A program made the translations under genes and the position numbers. Shown one piece after another: positions 59,221 to 64,000 of a stretch of 64,000 bases of DNA. The notes under the pieces are model-generated. The model did no database searches. It was not told the origin of the DNA and worked only from the letters and a program-made list of their open reading frames with translations. The stretch spans positions 11,246 to 75,245 of the forward strand of contig CAWEEP010000011.1 of assembly GCA_963808125.1 (NCBI GenBank). The letters run 5' to 3'. Positions within the stretch are counted from its first letter, which is position 1. Every line of letters begins with the position of its first letter. The stretch comes from Candidatus Dormiibacterota bacterium (GTDB taxonomy: Bacteria > Chloroflexota > Dormibacteria > Aeolococcales > Aeolococcaceae).

Positions 59221-60126
59221 TCAGGGGGCTCCGGCGAGGGCGGCGTCCACCCGGGCCAGCACCTCCTCGGGAGTGAGCGTGGCCAGCTCCATGCGCCGGC
59301 CGCTGCTCAGCCAGTGAACCTGGTCGGCGGGCAACCCCGCCGCCAATCCCTCGGGGAGGCGGGCCGGGGGGCCTTCGATGACCTGGAGCCCCGCATCCGA
59401 CGCTGGCGGCGACAATCCGGCGTCGATCACCTCCAGGGCCCCGGCCCGGCGCAGCCGTGCCGGAAGATCACAGCCCCGGGGATCGGCGTCGTGGAGGGCG
59501 ACGACGCGGTGTCCGGCGACCACGAGGGCCAGGGCGTCGGCGTCACCCGGCGCGGGATCCACGGTCACGACGCGCATCAGTGGCAGGTGGGCTGCGTTGC
59601 CAACGAGGAGGAGCTCTGTCTCGGACCTGTCGCAGGCGACGAGCGCTCCGGCGGCAGGCAGGACGCTGGTACCTGCGCCCGGATCGATGGCCTCCTCTCC
59701 TGGATCTTCGGGAGCGGAGGCGGCGGGTGACCGGGGTTCAAGCAGGGCGAAGAAGGCCTCGGGTCGCACGTCGAGCGCGCTGCGCAGGGGTCCTCCACAG
59801 AATCCGTCGTAGCTCTCGACGAGCGGTCGCGACCCCGGCACTCGCCCTCGGGTGCGGAGCGCGCTCGCCAGCGCCCCGAGTAGCGTCAGAGCGCCGAGGC
59901 CCGCCAGCGCGGCGGTGAGGGCGACGGAATGCACCCAGAGCAGGGCGGCGGCGAGAAGGAGAAGAAGCACGCCGCAGCCGGTGAGGCTCCGGGCGGGCGA
60001 GGGCGGGGGTCGGTCGGCCGCGGCGCACGAGGCGTAGTAGAGCTGCCGGGCGGTGTAGCGGTGGCTTCCCTCACCGAGCCGGCGTGCCTGGGCGGCGATG
60101 AGCTCAGTGGTGATGGGGAAGGCCAT
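59221..60126 (-). CDS. Hypothetical protein: TopoVI-A/Spo11-like N-terminal motif + TM hairpin + Toprim-like domain
   Basis: 'YTARQLYY'; two hydrophobic helices; 'VVALHDADPRG', 'IDAGLSP', 'RMELATLTPEEVLARV'. Confidence 0.55.
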   Translation of the reverse strand: MAFPITTELIAAQARRLGEGSHRYTARQLYYASCAAADRPPPSPARSLTGCGVLLLLLAAALLWVHSVALTAALAGLGALTLLGALASALRTRGRVPGSRPLVESYDGFCGGPLRSALDVRPEAFFALLEPRSPAASAPEDPGEEAIDPGAGTSVLPAAGALVACDRSETELLLVGNAAHLPLMRVVTVDPAPGDADALALVVAGHRVVALHDADPRGCDLPARLRRAGALEVIDAGLSPPASDAGLQVIEGPPARLPEGLAAGLPADQVHWLSSGRRMELATLTPEEVLARVDAALAGAP

Positions 60127-60202
60127 GGCCGGAGTGTCGCACAGGCGCAGGCGACGCTCTCAAGCGGCGTGGTTCGGCGTGGCGCGGCGAGCCCGGCCCC
60201 CG

Positions 60203-63200
60203 CTACGGCCGGGAGACGGAGCCGCCGAACCGGCGGCGGCGGCGCCAGGTCACCAGCAGGAGCCCCAGGGCGACGAGCAGAAGGCCGGCGATCCACGTCG
60301 AGGCCGGCGCCGCCGGAGCACCCGTGCCCGGCGTGGGGGCACCCGACGAGGTGGCGGCATCGACGACAGTGACGGCCTGGACACCGCCCGCGGGGGACGC
60401 GCCGTCGGCGCTGTCGGAGAGCGACGCCGTGGTCACCAGGTTGCCGATCGTCGTGTCGGAGACGTAGACCACGGCGCTCACCGTCGGCAGGTCTGTTCCC
60501 GCGTCAATCGGTGTGACCGCCGTCGAGGTGCAGACGAGCTGGGTGTCACCGTCGGCGAGCGTGCAATCCCAGCCGGACACGTCCGGCGCGGCGGCGAAGG
60601 ACTCACCGGCTGGCAGCGTCACGGTCAGCGTGGGGGTGTGGTAGGCGGGACCGCCCGAGTCGTTGAGGCTCAGGGCGAGCGACAGCAAGTACGAGCTCCC
60701 CGCCGTCACGCGGGACGGCGTTCCCGACATGACGAGGTTGAAACCCGGGGGCGGCGTCACGTCGACGGAGGGGCTCGCCGCCCCGTCGATCGCATTGTCC
60801 GGGTCGTCCGAAAGCGTCAGGAGGGTGCTCAACGTTCCCGACGCGGCGGGGTCCACGTCGACGGTAACCGCAAAGTCTCCGAGTTCCGTGCCGGCGCCAA
60901 CGGGCCCCGAGGCCTTCGACCTGCAGTGGAGCTCAGTCCTGCCGCTCAACGAGCAGCTCCAGTCGGACGTGTCAGGCACCGTGTCGATGGTCTCGCCGGT
61001 GGGCAGGGTCAGCGTCAGCTCGGGATCGTTGTAGGCGGTGCCGCCCGACGCGTCGACCGACGGATCGATGGCGATCGTGTACTGGCTCCCGGCTGAGAGG
61101 TCCGGCGCGCTGCTGGACGCGATGAGGTCAAGCACGGGGTCCGGGGTGACGTCGAATCCCGTGTCGGCCACCGAGCCGAGGTAGTCCTGGTCCCCGGAGT
61201 AGGTCGCCGTCACCGAGTACTCGCCCGCGTCGAGCGGCCCCGAGAAGCACTCTGCCCGGCCCGCCGCGTAGTCCGCCGTGCACAGCACGGTTCCGCCGGC
61301 GGTCGTGAAGGTGATCTCCTCGCCGGCGATGCCGAAGGGAAGGCCGCTCGCCCATAGGTCGGCCTCCCCGCCGGCGGCGAAGTCGCCACCCGACCCTGCG
61401 CTGATGGAGGTCGGGCCCGGGGTGATGGTGAAGCCCGTCGTCGCCGAGGAGGCCGCGTAGTCGGTGTCGCCGGAGTAGTCCGCCGTGACGGGGTACTCAC
61501 CCGCGCCGATCTCGCCCGTCGAGCAGGAGGCGGCCCCAGAGGACACCGTCCCGGTGCAGAGCGTCACCGTCCCCGAGGTGAAGGTCACGCTGCCGGTGGC
61601 GTCGTCGGGCAGCCCGGAGGCTGAGACTGTGACGCCGCTGCCATAGGTTGTGGTGGACGGGTCCGCCGAGGCGGAGATGGAGGTGGACGCCTGCGTCACG
61701 GAGAAGGTGGTCGTCGCCGCCGAGCCCGCGTAATCCGCGTCCCCGGAGTACGTGGCCGTCACCGCGTGGGAGCCGGCCGCGGTCGCCGCCGCCGAGCACG
61801 ACGCCCCGCCGGAGACCACCGACGCCGTGCACAGCGTGCTGCCGTCCGACGTCAGCGTGAAGTTGACGCTGCCTCCCGCGTCCGACGGAAGCCCGGAGGC
61901 CGAGAGGGTGGGTGTGGTTCCGCTGGCGTACCTCACGCTGGACGGGCTTGCCGAGGCGCTGATCGAGGTGGATGCCCTGGTGACGGAGAAGCTCGCCGTT
62001 GCCGTCGACCCGGTGTAGTCGGTGTCACCGGAGTAGGTCGCCGTCACCGGGTAGGTGCCGACGGGCAGCGTCGCCGTCTCGCACGACGCCCCACCCGAGC
62101 TGACGGTGGCGGTGCACAGCGTCGCCGCACCCGAGGTGAAGGTGACGCTGCCCGTGGCATCCGCCGGCAGCCCGGACGCCGAGAGGCCGGCCGTGCCGCC
62201 GTACCCGACGCTCGACGGGCTCGCCGAGGCGCTGATCGATGTCGCGGCCTGACCCACCGAGAAGCCGGTCACCGCCGACGCCCCCGTGTAGTCGGTGTCG
62301 CCGGAGTACGTCGCCGTGACCGCGTAGACGCCGGGGATGACCTCGCCGGTCGAGCAGGAGGCAGAGCCCGAGCCCACCGACGCCGTGCACAGCGTCGTGC
62401 CCACGCCGGTGACGGTGAAGGTCACGCTGCCGGTGGCGTCAGAGGCGAGCTCAGAGGCCTCCAGAGCCACCGCGGTGCCGTAGGTCGTGCTCGACGGGCT
62501 CGCCGAGGCGGCAAGGGAGGTCGTGGCCTGGTTCACCGTGAAGCCCGTCGTCGCCGTCGAGCCCTGGTAGTTGGGGTCGCCCGAGAAGCTGGCGGTGACC
62601 GAGTAGGCGCCTGCGTCGCGCGCCCCCGCCGAGCACGAGGCCTCCCCCGACGTGACGGAGGCGGAGCACAGGGTCGTCGCCCCCGCGGTGAAGGTCACGC
62701 TGCCCGTGGCGTCGGAGGGAAGGCCCGAGGCGAGCAGGGTGGGATGGCTGCCGCTGTCATAGGTCACGCTGGACGGGCTCGCCGAGGCGCTGATCGAGGT
62801 GGGCGCCTTCGTGATCGAGAAGGCCGCCGTCGCCGACGATCCCGCGTAGTCCGTGTCCCCGGAGTACGCCGCCGTCACCGAGTACGCGCCGGCGGGGAGA
62901 ACCTCTGTCGAGCACGACGCCCCGCCGTCACTCACCGATGCCGTGCAGAGGGTGGACGCCCCCGCCGTGAAGGTGACGCTGCCCGTGGCGCCGCTGGGAA
63001 GGTCAGACGCCGAAAGGCCCACCGTACCGCCGTACGCCGTGCTCGACGGGCTCGCCGACGCGTCGAACGAGGTCACCATCCGCGTGATGGAGAAGGTCGT
63101 CGTGGCCGTCGACCCCGCGTAGTCGGCGTTCCCCGAGTACGTCGCCGTCACCGGGTAGCTGCCCACCGGGAGAACCCCTGTCGAGCACGAGGCTCCGCCG

Positions 63201-64000
63201 TCGCTCACGGATGCGGTGCACAGCGTCGCCCCCTCCGAGGTGAAGGTGACGCTGCCCGTGGCGCCGGACGCCAGGCCCGATGCTGAGAGGCCGACGGGGT
63301 TGCCGTACCCGGAGGTCGACGGGCTCGCCGAGGCGGTGATCGAGGTCGCGGCCTGGCTCACCGCGAAGCTCGTCAGCGCGGTCGCCGCGGTGTAGTCGGC
63401 GTCGCCGGAGTAGGTCGCGGTCACCGCGTAGACACCCGGCGTGAGCACTCCGGTGGAGCAGGAGGCGGAACCCGACTCCACCGCGGACGAGCACAGGCCC
63501 GTCCCGACTCCAGTGAGGCTGAAGGCGGCCGTCCCCGTGGCATCGATGGCGAGGCCGGATGCCGACAGGGTCACGTGGGTGCCGTATGTCGAGGAGGAGG
63601 GGATCGCCGAGGCGCTCAGGGCGGTCGTGGCCTGGACCACCGTGAAGCTCGTCGTCGCCGCGGAACCCGCGTAGTCAGTGTCGCCGGAGTAGGTGGCGGT
63701 GACCGGGTAGTCGCCCGGGGCCAGGGTTCCCGTGGAGCACGACGCCCCTCCTGCCGAGACTGTCGCGGAGCAGAGCGTCACCGTCCCCGAGGTGAAGGTC
63801 ACGCTGCCGGTGGCGTCGGCCGGGAGGCCGGTCGAGAAGAGGGCGACGGGGAGGCCGTAGCCAGCCGTCGGTGGGCTCGCCGAGGCGCTGAGGGAGGTGG
63901 CCACCTGGGTGATGGAGAAGCTCGCCACCGCCGACGATCCCAGGTAGTCAGTGTCACCGGAGTACACCGCCGTGACCGCGTACGAGCCCGCCGGGAGCGT
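60203..64000 (-). CDS. Large Ig-like (Big_3) repeat cell-surface protein, 5' end outside the window
   Basis: At least 11 ~85-aa repeats (TLCxAxVxxGxASC...YxVTAxYSGDxxY); two DUF11-like domains; C-terminal PTPGTG + hydrophobic helix + RRRRR. The frame is open to the window edge. Confidence 0.88.
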   Translation of the reverse strand, partial: TLPAGSYAVTAVYSGDTDYLGSSAVASFSITQVATSLSASASPPTAGYGLPVALFSTGLPADATGSVTFTSGTVTLCSATVSAGGASCSTGTLAPGDYPVTATYSGDTDYAGSAATTSFTVVQATTALSASAIPSSSTYGTHVTLSASGLAIDATGTAAFSLTGVGTGLCSSAVESGSASCSTGVLTPGVYAVTATYSGDADYTAATALTSFAVSQAATSITASASPSTSGYGNPVGLSASGLASGATGSVTFTSEGATLCTASVSDGGASCSTGVLPVGSYPVTATYSGNADYAGSTATTTFSITRMVTSFDASASPSSTAYGGTVGLSASDLPSGATGSVTFTAGASTLCTASVSDGGASCSTEVLPAGAYSVTAAYSGDTDYAGSSATAAFSITKAPTSISASASPSSVTYDSGSHPTLLASGLPSDATGSVTFTAGATTLCSASVTSGEASCSAGARDAGAYSVTASFSGDPNYQGSTATTGFTVNQATTSLAASASPSSTTYGTAVALEASELASDATGSVTFTVTGVGTTLCTASVGSGSASCSTGEVIPGVYAVTATYSGDTDYTGASAVTGFSVGQAATSISASASPSSVGYGGTAGLSASGLPADATGSVTFTSGAATLCTATVSSGGASCETATLPVGTYPVTATYSGDTDYTGSTATASFSVTRASTSISASASPSSVRYASGTTPTLSASGLPSDAGGSVNFTLTSDGSTLCTASVVSGGASCSAAATAAGSHAVTATYSGDADYAGSAATTTFSVTQASTSISASADPSTTTYGSGVTVSASGLPDDATGSVTFTSGTVTLCTGTVSSGAASCSTGEIGAGEYPVTADYSGDTDYAASSATTGFTITPGPTSISAGSGGDFAAGGEADLWASGLPFGIAGEEITFTTAGGTVLCTADYAAGRAECFSGPLDAGEYSVTATYSGDQDYLGSVADTGFDVTPDPVLDLIASSSAPDLSAGSQYTIAIDPSVDASGGTAYNDPELTLTLPTGETIDTVPDTSDWSCSLSGRTELHCRSKASGPVGAGTELGDFAVTVDVDPAASGTLSTLLTLSDDPDNAIDGAASPSVDVTPPPGFNLVMSGTPSRVTAGSSYLLSLALSLNDSGGPAYHTPTLTVTLPAGESFAAAPDVSGWDCTLADGDTQLVCTSTAVTPIDAGTDLPTVSAVVYVSDTTIGNLVTTASLSDSADGASPAGGVQAVTVVDAATSSGAPTPGTGAPAAPASTWIAGLLLVALGLLLVTWRRRRRFGGSVSRP
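61140..64000 (-). repeat. Tandem Ig-like domain repeats (~255-260 bp period)
   Basis: Recurrent 'ggagtaggtcgccgtcac', 'ggtgaaggtcacgctgcc' and 'gggctcgccgaggcg' blocks. Confidence 0.88.

Noticed and set aside
61140-64000. Periodic repeats considered as a CRISPR or satellite array
   Set aside because: They encode Ig-like domains in one open frame.

Overview
Very GC-rich bacterial chromosomal DNA. It is probably from a monoderm Chloroflexota-related lineage such as Ca. Dormibacterota; this is inferred from the GroEL sequence (C-terminal ...PQMPDY, no GGM tail) and a PxTG-type sorting signal, and is not confirmed. Bases 1-35.3 kb are a large Wzx/Wzy-type exopolysaccharide/surface-glycan locus split into several oppositely oriented, translationally coupled units. 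It encodes Wzy, Wzz-like and BY-kinase-like proteins, a flippase, a priming glycosyltransferase, about 7 other glycosyltransferases (including GT9 and a GT2-WecB/TagA fusion), UDP-xylose synthase, 2 methyltransferases, 2 GNATs, an acyltransferase, an SGNH esterase, a GH5 glycanase, a GxGYxYP-like protein and a ~2,100-aa secreted PKD-repeat protein. Bases 35.6-64 kb carry an atypical ECF sigma with an 867-aa ZAS anti-sigma, nnrE, a DUF62 SAM hydrolase, CIRCE-controlled groEL, two zinc peptidases, glycerate kinase, ilvE, a MarR-ABC exporter, a GAF-PAS-GGDEF-EAL protein, pckA, a two-component cluster, two unusual hypothetical proteins (Cys/His Zn-finger; membrane-inserted TopoVI-A/Toprim-like) and the 3' part of a large Ig-repeat surface protein. 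At least 15 single-base frameshifts, many at G/C homopolymers, suggest sequencing or assembly indels, so residue-level claims need read-level confirmation. I saw no rRNA, tRNA, CRISPR array or IS element. All family assignments come from motif recognition by eye; no database searches were run.
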